Made by a program: the position numbers and the translations under genes. This document shows positions 38,254 through 48,977 of a DNA stretch of 64,000 nt, in pieces. Origin of the DNA: an uncultured Acidobacteriaceae bacterium (lineage in GTDB: Bacteria > Acidobacteriota > Terriglobia > Terriglobales > Acidobacteriaceae); assembly GCA_963721995.1 (NCBI GenBank), contig CAVRNK010000064.1, positions 6,569-70,568 of the forward strand, read 5' to 3'. Within the stretch, counting starts at the first letter, position 1, and each line of letters starts with the position of its first letter. The notes below the pieces were generated by a model. That model was not told the origin of the DNA. It worked only from the letters and a program-made list of their open reading frames with translations, and ran no database searches.

Positions 38254-39081
38254 CTAGTAAGCGACTCCGTGGAACCTCTCAAACCAGGTGATAACTCCGC
38301 TCACAGAGTAAATCATCGACTGCAACTGAGTAATAAATGCATCGGTGGTCAACCCAGTGAACAAAATCTTCTCGACGGCTATCTCAAAGGTGAGCTTGAG
38401 TTCCATCTTAATGTCGTATTGCCGAGAGAAGTTGCGGATTCTGAAGGCTCCAATCTTGCTTTTGTGCTCCAGAATGTCGGTTCCTTCGAAAGAGGCATAT
38501 TCGACACTCATCCCCGAAGCCTCAGGGAAACCAAATCTGATTTCTCCTCCGGTAGGAACGGAACCCAAGACATGCAATCTGCGATGCCTATCCTTTTTGG
38601 CGAGATCGTTCAACATCCCGAGCCCTCTGTTGATGAACCACTGCCTGTCACTAACATTCGCGTTTACGAAAGTGGTTTGGTAAGGCTGTATCGATTCGAT
38701 AAAGGCGCGACACTCATCCGCGAGTGGAGCTATTTGCCTACTTGCATTTTTGAATTTCTTCGGAGTGGTCTGAATAGGAAATTGCAATGCGTCTTCGTCG
38801 GGGGGAGGATCCTGTCCAGACTTGAGCACAGCGCTTTCGTAAATACACGCGTCCAAAGCTGCTCGGAGTTGATAAATCAACTCTCCAAATTCGAGAGAGA
38901 AGGGCACGACCCAATCTCGCTGGCGTGGCGTGATGAAGACTTCCCCTGTCCCGTCATCTTTAATATCAACCGAAGTGGTGTAGGCTTCATTTGTATTGAA
39001 ACCATCCCAGAGTTTTGTCAGGGCTTTTCCATGAAACTCTGCCCGCAAAATACGCTGCCAACATCCTTCGAAAAGATTCAT
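38254..39081 (-). CDS. IS passenger hypothetical protein (possible HEPN-like)
   Basis: 275-aa lower-GC ORF; GELIYQLRAALD..FP..QPY..LNDLAKKDRHR pattern. Confidence 0.75.
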   Translation of the reverse strand: MNLFEGCWQRILRAEFHGKALTKLWDGFNTNEAYTTSVDIKDDGTGEVFITPRQRDWVVPFSLEFGELIYQLRAALDACIYESAVLKSGQDPPPDEDALQFPIQTTPKKFKNASRQIAPLADECRAFIESIQPYQTTFVNANVSDRQWFINRGLGMLNDLAKKDRHRRLHVLGSVPTGGEIRFGFPEASGMSVEYASFEGTDILEHKSKIGAFRIRNFSRQYDIKMELKLTFEIAVEKILFTGLTTDAFITQLQSMIYSVSGVITWFERFHGVAY

Positions 39082-39151
39082 GCTGGAGCATCATAACGAT
39101 TCTTAAGATCACTAAACGCGTATAATTCCGGCCACGATGGAGGGAAGATCG

Positions 39152-39262
39152 ATGAACGATGTTCACGTGACTCAACTTATCGCTGCATTGAGAGAAATCG
39201 CTGAGGAGCTTGCAAGAGTGCGCAGGACGCTAGAAACCATCAGCACGCGAATCAATCGATAG
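39152..39262 (+). CDS. Small IS passenger peptide (36 aa, coiled-coil-like)
   Basis: MNDVHVTQLIAALREIAEELARVRRTLETISTRINR; ggaggg RBS; below ORF-track cutoff. Confidence 0.4.
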   Translation: MNDVHVTQLIAALREIAEELARVRRTLETISTRINR

Positions 39263-39264
39263 GC

Positions 39265-39411
39265 TCATCCGGGAAAAACAGGCACAATAGCCCGAGCTAT
39301 TTCCAAGGCCACGTGTCTCTCTGCCTCAGACGCGCCAGATTCCTCTAACATCCCCAAAATTTTCTCGGCCAGCAAAATGGAGATGTGGCGCTGCCCTGTC
39401 ACGGTACTCAC
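39265..39411 (-). CDS. Small IS passenger protein (48 aa)
   Basis: GTG start, MSTVTGQRHISILLAEKILGMLEESGASEAERHVALEIARAIVPVFPG; gagg upstream. Confidence 0.35.
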   Translation of the reverse strand: MSTVTGQRHISILLAEKILGMLEESGASEAERHVALEIARAIVPVFPG

Positions 39412-40505
39412 ATTGCACCATCCTCGCTATAGTCAGTCAAGTATGTTATTGCCCTTTGAACTCATCCATTCTGCATGGCTTGTCGATTGTGGTTTGTAAC
39501 TCATTCATTCCATTTGCATAGACTGTAATCGATTGTTCTGCTTGAAGTTATCGGTTCACAGGCCATTTTCCGGATACCATTGGCGATTCCGGCCAAGTCC
39601 TGAAACGCGATCCAGGAAATGAATTCGCGGGTATCGAGATTTCGCTCCCGAAGGCGTGGATCGGAGTGGGAGCGGCAACCGGGCTGGCCCTTGCGGGCAA
39701 ATTGCGTACATCGCGAACCGGTTGCGAGTATTTCGGCGCAGAAACGGGCATTCGGGGGCTGCTCCCAAAAGAGAAAGGCTCGCGGGTGGGCGCGCCTTCG
39801 AGTACTACTTCTATTTTACCGAGCGGATAGAAATATTCGGCCAGCTATCTTTGCTCAATCTACCGTTTGAAATGAGGGAGTTGCCGGGGCGAGCCGGAGA
39901 AAACCTATTGACAGGGAACGGGCAGTTTCGGGGTAGGACGAACCGGGCAACAAAGGATGAGCTTCGCAGGTCAGACTGGCCGTTCCTACTTCTCGAACGG
40001 CACGCTTCTCGAACGGCGCTAGAAACCAGAGCGGTTCTCTCGATGTCGCTTCGTCTGCGAGTGCGCTCCGGCCCACGGCACTAAGGTGCGGTCCTTTGGA
40101 CTGATGCTCAATCGGTTTCTCAATGATTGCATCGGCGATTCTATATCCAAAGCAAGCCCTCGACCAGCGACAACTCATCTATGGACACACCAGCTTTCAT
40201 CAACATCGCTACCGATTCTTGCACCACAGAACACTGCAACCGGTCCCCGAGCCTTATTCAATATCCATAGATCCCAGGCAGATCACCGCGTCCGCTTAAA
40301 ACGCCTGCGCCTTCCTTCAAGTCCCCTTATCGAAACCGCCTCGAATCATCGTCGAGCCTCCCCCGGGCTATTCTCGACCTTCCTCAAACTTATTTCTCGA
40401 GGCGCTTCCGATGAAGGCTAGCGACTTAGCGCCAATCTAGATAGAGGTTGTCTTTCGTCGATGGCTTAGGTCGCTTCACGAGCAGGCATGAGGCAACTTT
40501 TTGCA

Positions 40506-42035
40506 TTAAGGCTCACTTGTTACCTGCGTCGGAGCACCAACGCCGTCTGTTGTGATCGTCGTGACTCGAAATGTACTCACGAGACCCGCTGCCAATGTCA
40601 ACAACGCGGCGATTATGAGACCGAGGCGAGGGGCAGCGTTGATCCCGGTGGTGGTGAAGAGCAGGGTCATGATCAGAGCGCCCGTGGTCTGGCCCGTCAA
40701 TCGCGCTGTTCCCTGCATGCCTCCTGCGGCGGCACTTCGTTGGCGTGGCGCGGAGAGAAACATGTTCCGGTTGCTGGGCACTTGAAAGAGGCCAAAACCC
40801 AGGCCACTCAATATGGTCAGCAGCACAAGTTGAACCGAGTGACCTTTGAGCGGCGACAGGGCGATAGCCGACAGCCCGATGGCGAGAAGCGAACCACCCG
40901 CGGCAGACAGCCACGCTGTGGAGATTCTGTTGACGAGCCGCCCAGCGAACGGCGCCGCGATTGCCACCGTGAGCGGCCAGGCCGTCATGTAAAGTCCGGT
41001 CATCCAGGCACTCAGCCCTAATCCATGCTGCAGTTGGAACGGCAATGCCACCATGCCGGCGGCGACGCCGGAGAAGCAGAGAACGGATGCGATCACGGAA
41101 GTCCTGAAGGACGCGTTCCGGAGCAGGTCGAGCGGTATCAGCGGCACGTTTTTCGGCGATTCTCTCCGAAGCAATGCAACAAACAGAGCAACAGAAGTGG
41201 CGAAGAATAGCGCCGATCTCATCGGCTTTGCGGGAAGCAATTCCGCGCCGAAAACAAAGGCGGCAAAGACGCCTGCGTTCGGCGCGACACTGAGCCGATC
41301 CAGTTGACGGCTTGTACCGGCGACATTGGGCAGTGCGCGAACGGCGAAGAGTACCAGCACGCCCAGCGGCAGATTCACAGCAAACAGCCACGGCCACTTT
41401 GCGATCGACAGGATCGCCGCGCCTATTGCGGGACCGCCCGCTGACGATAACGCAACGGTCAGCGCGTTCCAGCCGATTGCAGCGCCGAGCTGCTGGGAAG
41501 GAACGACTGACCGCAACAACGCGACGCCGAGGGCCATTACGGCGGCACCACCGAGCCCCTGAACGAAGCGGGCTGCTACGAGCCATGGCAGCGATGGCGA
41601 TAGTGCGCACAGCAGGGATGCGCCAACGAAAAGAGCAACTCCCAGCCCGAAGATCCTGCGATGGCCGAAGCTTTCTCCGAGGGCGGCGCAGGGCAACAGG
41701 GCCATTACCAGTGCGGTTTGATGGGCAGTGATCACCCAGACCGACTTTGCCGGGGAAACTTCGAGCGACCGCGCGATCGTCGGCAGCGCCACGTTGGCGA
41801 TTGCTGCATCGAGCACGACGAGCACCATGGCGGCCAGCACGGAAGCGACCGCAATGGCGCGCCGCAGTCCGGATACAGCTAGTTCCTGGTCCTCGGCCTG
41901 CGGCCTGGCCAGGGTGGAAGCTCGTTCTTCCACGTGCACGGAAGATGCCGATCCGTGCCGCATGGGAGAACGAGGGCCGGCTGCGAAGTTGTGGGCGAGG
42001 CGACGCCCTACAGCTTGCATTAGCGGACCTGACAT
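40506..42035 (-). CDS. MFS efflux transporter (DHA2-like)
   Basis: LDAAIANVALPTI, ARFVQGLG, WPWLFAVNLPLG and PLIPLDL; true start may be downstream. Confidence 0.9.
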   Translation of the reverse strand: MSGPLMQAVGRRLAHNFAAGPRSPMRHGSASSVHVEERASTLARPQAEDQELAVSGLRRAIAVASVLAAMVLVVLDAAIANVALPTIARSLEVSPAKSVWVITAHQTALVMALLPCAALGESFGHRRIFGLGVALFVGASLLCALSPSLPWLVAARFVQGLGGAAVMALGVALLRSVVPSQQLGAAIGWNALTVALSSAGGPAIGAAILSIAKWPWLFAVNLPLGVLVLFAVRALPNVAGTSRQLDRLSVAPNAGVFAAFVFGAELLPAKPMRSALFFATSVALFVALLRRESPKNVPLIPLDLLRNASFRTSVIASVLCFSGVAAGMVALPFQLQHGLGLSAWMTGLYMTAWPLTVAIAAPFAGRLVNRISTAWLSAAGGSLLAIGLSAIALSPLKGHSVQLVLLTILSGLGFGLFQVPSNRNMFLSAPRQRSAAAGGMQGTARLTGQTTGALIMTLLFTTTGINAAPRLGLIIAALLTLAAGLVSTFRVTTITTDGVGAPTQVTSEP

Positions 42036-42577
42036 GTTCCACCTACCGTCCAGACGCCGTTGCGCTCGACATATCGGGTTATTCCTTGTGCTTCCTTTTC
42101 CTCCTTCTTCAAGTCACGGTCGGTAAAGCGGAACTGCAGTGCCGGTCCGTTGATGCAGCGCGTGTCATGAATGTCTCCGGGCAAATACACCTGGACCTGG
42201 CCGGGGCGAACAATGGTTGAGTTCCTTTGCACGAGCTTGACGCTGCCGTCGGGATTCTCGACCCGGGCGTAGGTTCTCATCTCCATTTCGCCGCGCTGGA
42301 CGGCGTAGATGACCCATCCGCGACCGTGATCGTGTGGCGGCCTAAACTTGGCCGTCTGCTCCGTGTGCGCCAGCAGCACAAACCCATGCGTGGTGTCGCG
42401 GTACAGCTCTTTGTTCTCGGGAGCATCGCGGTGCAGCTCTGCCAGCCAAGCTTCGGCCGGCGAAGCTTTGAGGAGCTCTTCCAGGTGCCGACGGGTGTTA
42501 GCAATCAACTCTGTGCTGAGTGGTTCCCAGCCGGATTTGATGGCGTTCATCGAGGTTTCAAGTGGGTTGGTTTCCAT
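42020..42577 (-). CDS. Cupin / cysteine-dioxygenase-like metalloprotein
   Basis: PPHDHGRGW...PGDIH His motifs. Confidence 0.75.
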   Translation of the reverse strand: METNPLETSMNAIKSGWEPLSTELIANTRRHLEELLKASPAEAWLAELHRDAPENKELYRDTTHGFVLLAHTEQTAKFRPPHDHGRGWVIYAVQRGEMEMRTYARVENPDGSVKLVQRNSTIVRPGQVQVYLPGDIHDTRCINGPALQFRFTDRDLKKEEKEAQGITRYVERNGVWTVGGTCQVR

Positions 42578-42723
42578 ATTTCTCCTTTCGTTTTGCCTGG
42601 TTTCACTTGCCGCAGGCTTGTCTGTGGTTAAAGTAGCCCGCTAATTGGCATGGCGGAAGACGCACCATTTGCAATAAATGATTGCGTTTGACGCTATATA
42701 TAAAGCCTTGCTATGGTCGCGGC

Positions 42724-43626
42724 ATGACGGAACCAGACTTCAACCTGCTTGTGACTCTCGATGTGCTGCTGGCGGAAAATAACGTGACGCGCGCGTCCAA
42801 ACGATTACGGCTCAGCGCTTCAGCGATGAGCCGGGCGCTGGCGCGACTGCGCGAAACCACTGGTGATCCGCTGCTGGTGAGGGCGGGCCGCGGTCTGGTG
42901 CCGACTCCCCGGGCACGCGAGCTTCGTGAGCGCGTCAGCCATCTCGTTCAAGAAGCAAGGACAGTCTTGCGCCCTCAGGACAAACTCAACCTTCGCGAAC
43001 TGGAACGAACTTTCTCGATTCGCGTCAGGGAGGGATTTGCCGAGAATTTTGGTGCGCAACTCATCGCGCGTCTACAGCAGGATGCTCCGCGCGCGCGATT
43101 GTGTTTCTATCTGAAGCTGGACCGCGACAGTGCATCGCTCCGGGATGGAACCATCGACCTTGAAACCGGAGTTGTGGGAGAGGCGACCTCTCCTGAGCTT
43201 CGTGCGCAGGCACTGTTCCGCGATCAGTTTGTGGGTGTGGTGCGCGAGGGACATCCTTTAAGCGAAGGAAAGATGACGCGCTCGCGATACGCCAAGGCGA
43301 AGCACATTGTGGTTTCGCGCCGAGGGACGGAGAAAGGGCCGATCGATGATGCGCTGGAAGCGCTGGGCTCGAAGCGAGAGATGACCACGATCGTCGGGAG
43401 CTTCTCGGCGGCGCTGGCGCTGGCGAGGACATGCGATCTGGTAGCGACTGTTCCCGAACGATATACCGGAAATCTACGCGCAGGCATGCACACGTTTCCC
43501 CTGCCGTTTTCTGCGCCTGGCATCACGATGTCGATCATCTGGCATCCGCGGATGGATGCCGATCCGGCGCACCGATGGTTGCGCGAGTGTGTCCGGCAGG
43601 TCTGTGCCGATCAGCTTGCGAGTTGA
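42724..43626 (+). CDS. LysR family transcriptional regulator
   Basis: DFNLLVTLDVLL..VTRAS..SAMSRALARLR..DPLLVR; WHPR.D.DPAHRWLR. Confidence 0.93.
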   Translation: MTEPDFNLLVTLDVLLAENNVTRASKRLRLSASAMSRALARLRETTGDPLLVRAGRGLVPTPRARELRERVSHLVQEARTVLRPQDKLNLRELERTFSIRVREGFAENFGAQLIARLQQDAPRARLCFYLKLDRDSASLRDGTIDLETGVVGEATSPELRAQALFRDQFVGVVREGHPLSEGKMTRSRYAKAKHIVVSRRGTEKGPIDDALEALGSKREMTTIVGSFSAALALARTCDLVATVPERYTGNLRAGMHTFPLPFSAPGITMSIIWHPRMDADPAHRWLRECVRQVCADQLAS

Positions 43627-43891
43627 TGAACGTGCCTGAGCGGGCTTTGGGCTTGATCGCTATTTCGAAGGCCTGATCGCGATCTCGAAATCTGAACGGC
43701 TTTGTGGAGAAGATTGATCACGGAGTTGGATTCGCCGGGCAACAGGCTGGGATGCGAGGACGGTTCGCGCCTGTGGGTGTTATGGCGTTGAACGCAAGGA
43801 TTGATTGCGACCGTCGCGGCTTCCGCCAGCTCTGCTTCGCGTCTAGTCTTCGGGAAGAGTCATCCTCACTGATGGTTCGATCGGAGGCGCA

Positions 43892-44392
43892 ATGAAGCGC
43901 AGAAACTTTCTACAGACAGCTACGGCGGCTTCTGCCGCACCTGCCCTGGCGCACGCATGGGACGCGAGCCAGCACGGCAGTGTCGACCAAGGAATTGAAG
44001 TCCGGGTGGCCCGCCCGACGGACAAGCTGCCGGAAGTGCTGGCGTTTTACCGCGATGGACTTGGGCTGCCGGTGATCGGGCACTTTGAAGGCCACGCGGG
44101 GTACTCGGGCGTGATGCTCGGTTTGCCGGATTCGCGATGTCATCTGGAGTTCACACATTTGGCTCAAGGGAGTCCGTGCCCGGCTCCGACGAAAGACAAC
44201 CTGCTGGTGCTTTACATGCCCGATCTGCAGGCTCATGAGGTGGCTGTGGCGCGGCTGAAAGCGCAAGGGCACAATCCTGTCAAACCTGAAAATCCCTACT
44301 GGGAAGAACGCTGCTTTACATTTGAAGATCCCGATGGCTGGCGGGTGGTGCTTTGCCATGGGAATGCATTCACCAGATCCGGAACCCGCTAA
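43892..44392 (+). CDS. VOC/glyoxalase family protein (YycE-like) with Tat-like leader
   Basis: RVARPT..FYRDGLG, HLEFT, NPYW and FEDPDGWRVVL; N-terminal MKRRNFLQ. Confidence 0.85.
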   Translation: MKRRNFLQTATAASAAPALAHAWDASQHGSVDQGIEVRVARPTDKLPEVLAFYRDGLGLPVIGHFEGHAGYSGVMLGLPDSRCHLEFTHLAQGSPCPAPTKDNLLVLYMPDLQAHEVAVARLKAQGHNPVKPENPYWEERCFTFEDPDGWRVVLCHGNAFTRSGTR

Positions 44393-44678
44393 TGACTGCC
44401 ATTCAGGCGTAAATCGGCTCTAGCCGCGGAAACACTCCGGGTCGGGTGCAATGGCCTATTGGTATACCTCTAAGTCGACCACTGTTCCGCGAATCGCTGC
44501 AGTCCTCCTCAACTGTTGCTAACAGGACCCACCACGTTTCGAGGATGATTTCGTTCGAAACGTGCATTGGCGACCAGGTGCTTATTGACGACCGTTCGTT
44601 TTTCTTCAGAGATCGATTCTCCCCTGAAAGGCAATCATGCGGGTAGAGCCGTTGGCTCCGGGGTCAGCGCCAACAGAA

Positions 44679-45741
44679 CTAGAAATTCACGGGGGCTTGC
44701 TTATCTTCCGGCGTCAGGGCGCCGCCTTCGGCGAGCTTCTTCATGTTGCGGAGCATCTTCTCGAAGAGCAAACGGTAGGTTTCCACCTGCTTCTGCCGCG
44801 CAGCATCGTCTGGCTGCGTGGAGCTATCCCACACCAGGGTGTAGTAAAGGGTAGTGCGACCCGATCCGAGCGGACGTGCCTCCAGCGTTCCGTGATACAT
44901 CGGATACAGACCGGTAGCACGCAATGGCTGAGTGTAGGTGTAGCTATACCGCGTCTGCCCGACGATGACTGAATGGCCGATGGTGCGAACGGCGCCGATC
45001 TCGCCCTCTTTACCGGAGATCAGATCGCAACTGCGGAAGCCCCATTTTCCGATATCGCAGTACTTGCCGACACGTGCCCAGACCTTCTGGACGGGAGCAT
45101 TGACGACAATCGACAGCGGCAGGCTGGCATAGTGGGGATTGGTATTGAGCAAGGGCGTCGCTATCGGCGGACGAAGGCTCCCTGACGGCTTAGGTGGAAG
45201 TTTGCCTCCCTCGGCGAGCACCTTCATGTTCTTCAGCCATTCTGAGACGCGTGCGCGCCGCGCTTCCTCATCCCGTCTGCGCGCAGCATCATGGGGAGAA
45301 TCGAATCATCCCGCAGCATCGTATAAGTCAGCCGCGTGGCGGCGGGGGTCAGAGCTTCGGCAGCGAGCGTTCCGTGAGCCAGGTTGTACAGCGTGTCCTT
45401 TCGAGGCGGCTGGGCATAGGTGTAGCTGTACTGCGTCTGACCGACCAGCACCTCATTACGATCGATCGCACCGTACCAGGACCACCATCACCTTGCAGAT
45501 ACTTGCAATCCTCCCATTCGGGTGAATTCATCCACTCCGTAATGTCGCAGAACCTTCCGACCCGTGCCCAGACCTTGTCCACTGGCGCGTTGACAACGAT
45601 CGATTCGCTGATCGTTACATAATGAGGATTCGGAATCTGAAGTGGAGCCTCTGCAGGACCTTGCTGTGAACCGTACGCAGCAGCGAGCAGGACAATCGCG
45701 GTTAGCGGGCCGACGCAGCGAACTCTCATAGTGCCACTCAT
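44679..45741 (-). pseudogene. Tandem SRPBCC (polyketide cyclase-like) secreted protein, frameshifted
   Basis: Two homologous domains (VNAPV.KVWARVG..CDI..W; SYTY.QP; HGTL.A) split over three ORFs. Confidence 0.8.
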
Positions 45742-45762
45742 TTCTTCTGGCCCGGAAATCTT

Positions 45763-46223
45763 TTACTTCAAGCTGTTGTAGTCTTTGTCGCTAACAGGCT
45801 CTAACCAAATTGTTTTTCCCTTTTGAGTCGGTGTAACCGCTATATAGGCAAAGCCACTATTCGGTAGTGCACCGTGCCAATGCTCTACGCCCGGCGCGCA
45901 TTTTATTACATCTCCCTTGTGAAGGATCCGTATTGGCTTTCCCTTTCCTGATAGTAGCCAGCGCCTTCCGTGATAAGTAGAACTTGACCACCTGGATGAA
46001 TATGCCAATCCAGCTTTGCACCGGCATCATAGGTTGCCACAGCAATACTGGGATCGAACGTACTGTCTCCTACGTTTAACTCTTTAAGCCAAATGTTTCC
46101 CGTGTGATTTTTAGCGGTGGATAGTTCACCTTTTGGGAAAATTGCGTCCCCAGTTTGTGCTTGGGCCTGGAAGATGAATACAAGGCTCACCGCGAAAGCG
46201 ATGATTTGAAGTTTTGTTCTCAT
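45763..46223 (-). pseudogene. Secreted cupin protein, frameshifted
   Basis: WHIHPGGQVLLITEG.GYYQ in one frame, continuing GKPIRILHKGDV..PGVEHWHGA in another; one base short at caggaaaggg. Confidence 0.8.
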
Positions 46224-46361
46224 GTTTGTATCTTCTCCTTTGGTGCTTTATTCGATACGGGCTGCCGATTCAATATCCCTGATACCATCAGCAAGTTTCG
46301 GATACGGTTATCTGTGCGCCCTTGCGCTTCCAGCCAGTAGTAGAACTCGTCGATCCAGTGA

Positions 46362-47494
<1,133 letters not shown>

Positions 47495-47550
47495 TCATCT
47501 GGCATCGTGAGAGCCGCACCAACTATGCTTAAGATGGAAAGTGAAACAGA

Positions 47551-48507
47551 ATGAACATGAATGGCAGGCGCTCCAGCACTCCTCCAGCGGCCCGGTCGAT
47601 ACAGGATTTGAGAGCCGAGCTGGCGAAGAAAATTGCCTGGTTCATCGGCTCTTCAGAGAGACAGATCACAGAGATTCCGGGTTTGGTGCTGGTGAGCAGG
47701 ACCGCACCCACTGCGCCCTGCTCACGAACGTACACACCGAGCGTAATCGTCGTTGCTCAGGGCAGCAAACGCGTCGACCTCGGCCAGACAACGTTCATCT
47801 ATGACCAGTCACGATTCCTTTTGACCTCGATCGATCTGCCAATCGTCAGCCAGGTGGTCGAGGCGAGTGAAGCGAATCCCCTTCTGGCTTTGGCCCTTAG
47901 GTTGGAAATGCCGGTGGTCCGCGAGCTTCTCAACCGGGAAGAAGTCCATGTGCGTGAGGTGTCGTCTGATACGCCCGCCATGGTAACTGGTGAGATCACG
48001 GTTGAATTGCTGAGCGCTTGCTGCCGGCTGGTCGACCTGCTGGCGAATCCACAGGATATTCCCTTTCTGAGTGGCCTGATTCAACGCGAGATCGTTTACC
48101 GGCTTCTATGCGGACCCGAGGGCGCTCGCCTTCGAGCGATCGCAACTTCAGGAGATCAGAGCCATCGCACAGCCAGAGCGATCTCCTGGATCAGGGACAA
48201 CTACGCGAAACCGGTACGCGTGGAGGATCTGGCCCAGATTGCAGGCATGGGCGTATCGACGCTGCACCATCATTTCCGTGTGCTGACGCATATGAGCCCG
48301 CTGCAGTATCAAAAGCAATTGCGGCTGCAGGCAGCACGAGGACGGATGCTTATCGATGGTCTGGACGCGTCGACCGTGTCCTTTGAGGTCGGATATGAAA
48401 GTGTCAGCCAATTCAATCGTGAATACAGCCGCTTCTACGGCCAGCCGCCGATGCGTGACATCAAAGCTCTCCGAGAAGGGAAAGTCGTTGAGATGAGTGC
48501 CGTCTGA
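47551..48507 (+). CDS. AraC family regulator (YqhC-like)
   Basis: AQGSKRV, SPLQYQKQLRL and VGYESVSQFNREYSR; divergent from the AKR. Confidence 0.92.
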   Translation: MNMNGRRSSTPPAARSIQDLRAELAKKIAWFIGSSERQITEIPGLVLVSRTAPTAPCSRTYTPSVIVVAQGSKRVDLGQTTFIYDQSRFLLTSIDLPIVSQVVEASEANPLLALALRLEMPVVRELLNREEVHVREVSSDTPAMVTGEITVELLSACCRLVDLLANPQDIPFLSGLIQREIVYRLLCGPEGARLRAIATSGDQSHRTARAISWIRDNYAKPVRVEDLAQIAGMGVSTLHHHFRVLTHMSPLQYQKQLRLQAARGRMLIDGLDASTVSFEVGYESVSQFNREYSRFYGQPPMRDIKALREGKVVEMSAV

Positions 48508-48574
48508 TGGCGAATTGCCAAAATTCGTTCTTCTCAACTGACGACTTCAAGCTAGCCACTCGTTCAGAAGCGGT

Positions 48575-48745
48575 CTAGGAACTTGTTGAAAAACGATTTT
48601 CAAAGGCCATTTCAAGGTGCGAATGAGTGATAGGAAATGTATGCCAACACTTGATCGACGCCTTGTAGGCCCGTTTCCGTGCGAAGTAGATTTCGACTTC
48701 CCCTACAACTTGGGGTCGTCTAACCCTTTTTCAACAAGTTCCTAG
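48575..48745. mobile_element. MITE-like element (IS5/IS1182-type ends)
   Basis: Perfect 19-bp inverted repeat ctaggaacttgttgaaaaa / tttttcaacaagttcctag including CTAG at both ends; no ORF inside. Confidence 0.7.
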
Positions 48746-48977
48746 GCGTAGTAGGGCGATTTGTAATGCTGAACGCGCTTCGGTGCCAACAAACCCGTAG
48801 AGGATCGTCCTCAGGCTGACCCCATCAAGCATGCCCGGCAGTAGATTCGCATTGCTTGCTTTTTGCGTTACGCAGCCGTTTACATGACTCCGCGCGGAGA
48901 GCTTCGATAGGTTGGACTCGAGAGGCGCCCGCATTGGCCAGATTGGGGACGGGATTTTGAAATTTTCCGGGTGGCCT

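Larger units (their letters stand above)
36983..39453 (+). mobile_element. IS1595-family element with passenger genes
   Basis: TIRs ggcaataatatacttgactgacta (36983) and tagtcagtcaagtatgttattgcc (ends 39453), 23/24 match; exact 8-bp TSD ctttgaac at 36975 and 39454. Confidence 0.93.
36946..39551 (+). repeat. Dispersed non-coding element, copy B, interrupted by the IS1595 element
   Basis: taccccctccccc leader at 36946; removing the IS and one TSD copy restores three 27-bp sites as in copy A. Confidence 0.6.

Noticed and set aside
39552..40500. Short ORFs and hairpins between the IS and the MFS gene
   Set aside because: No recognisable motifs or consistent structure by eye; left uncalled.
40513..42042. 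Second 509-aa ORF overlapping the MFS gene on the same strand
   Set aside because: Arg/Cys-rich frame typical of GC-rich shadow ORFs; no motifs.
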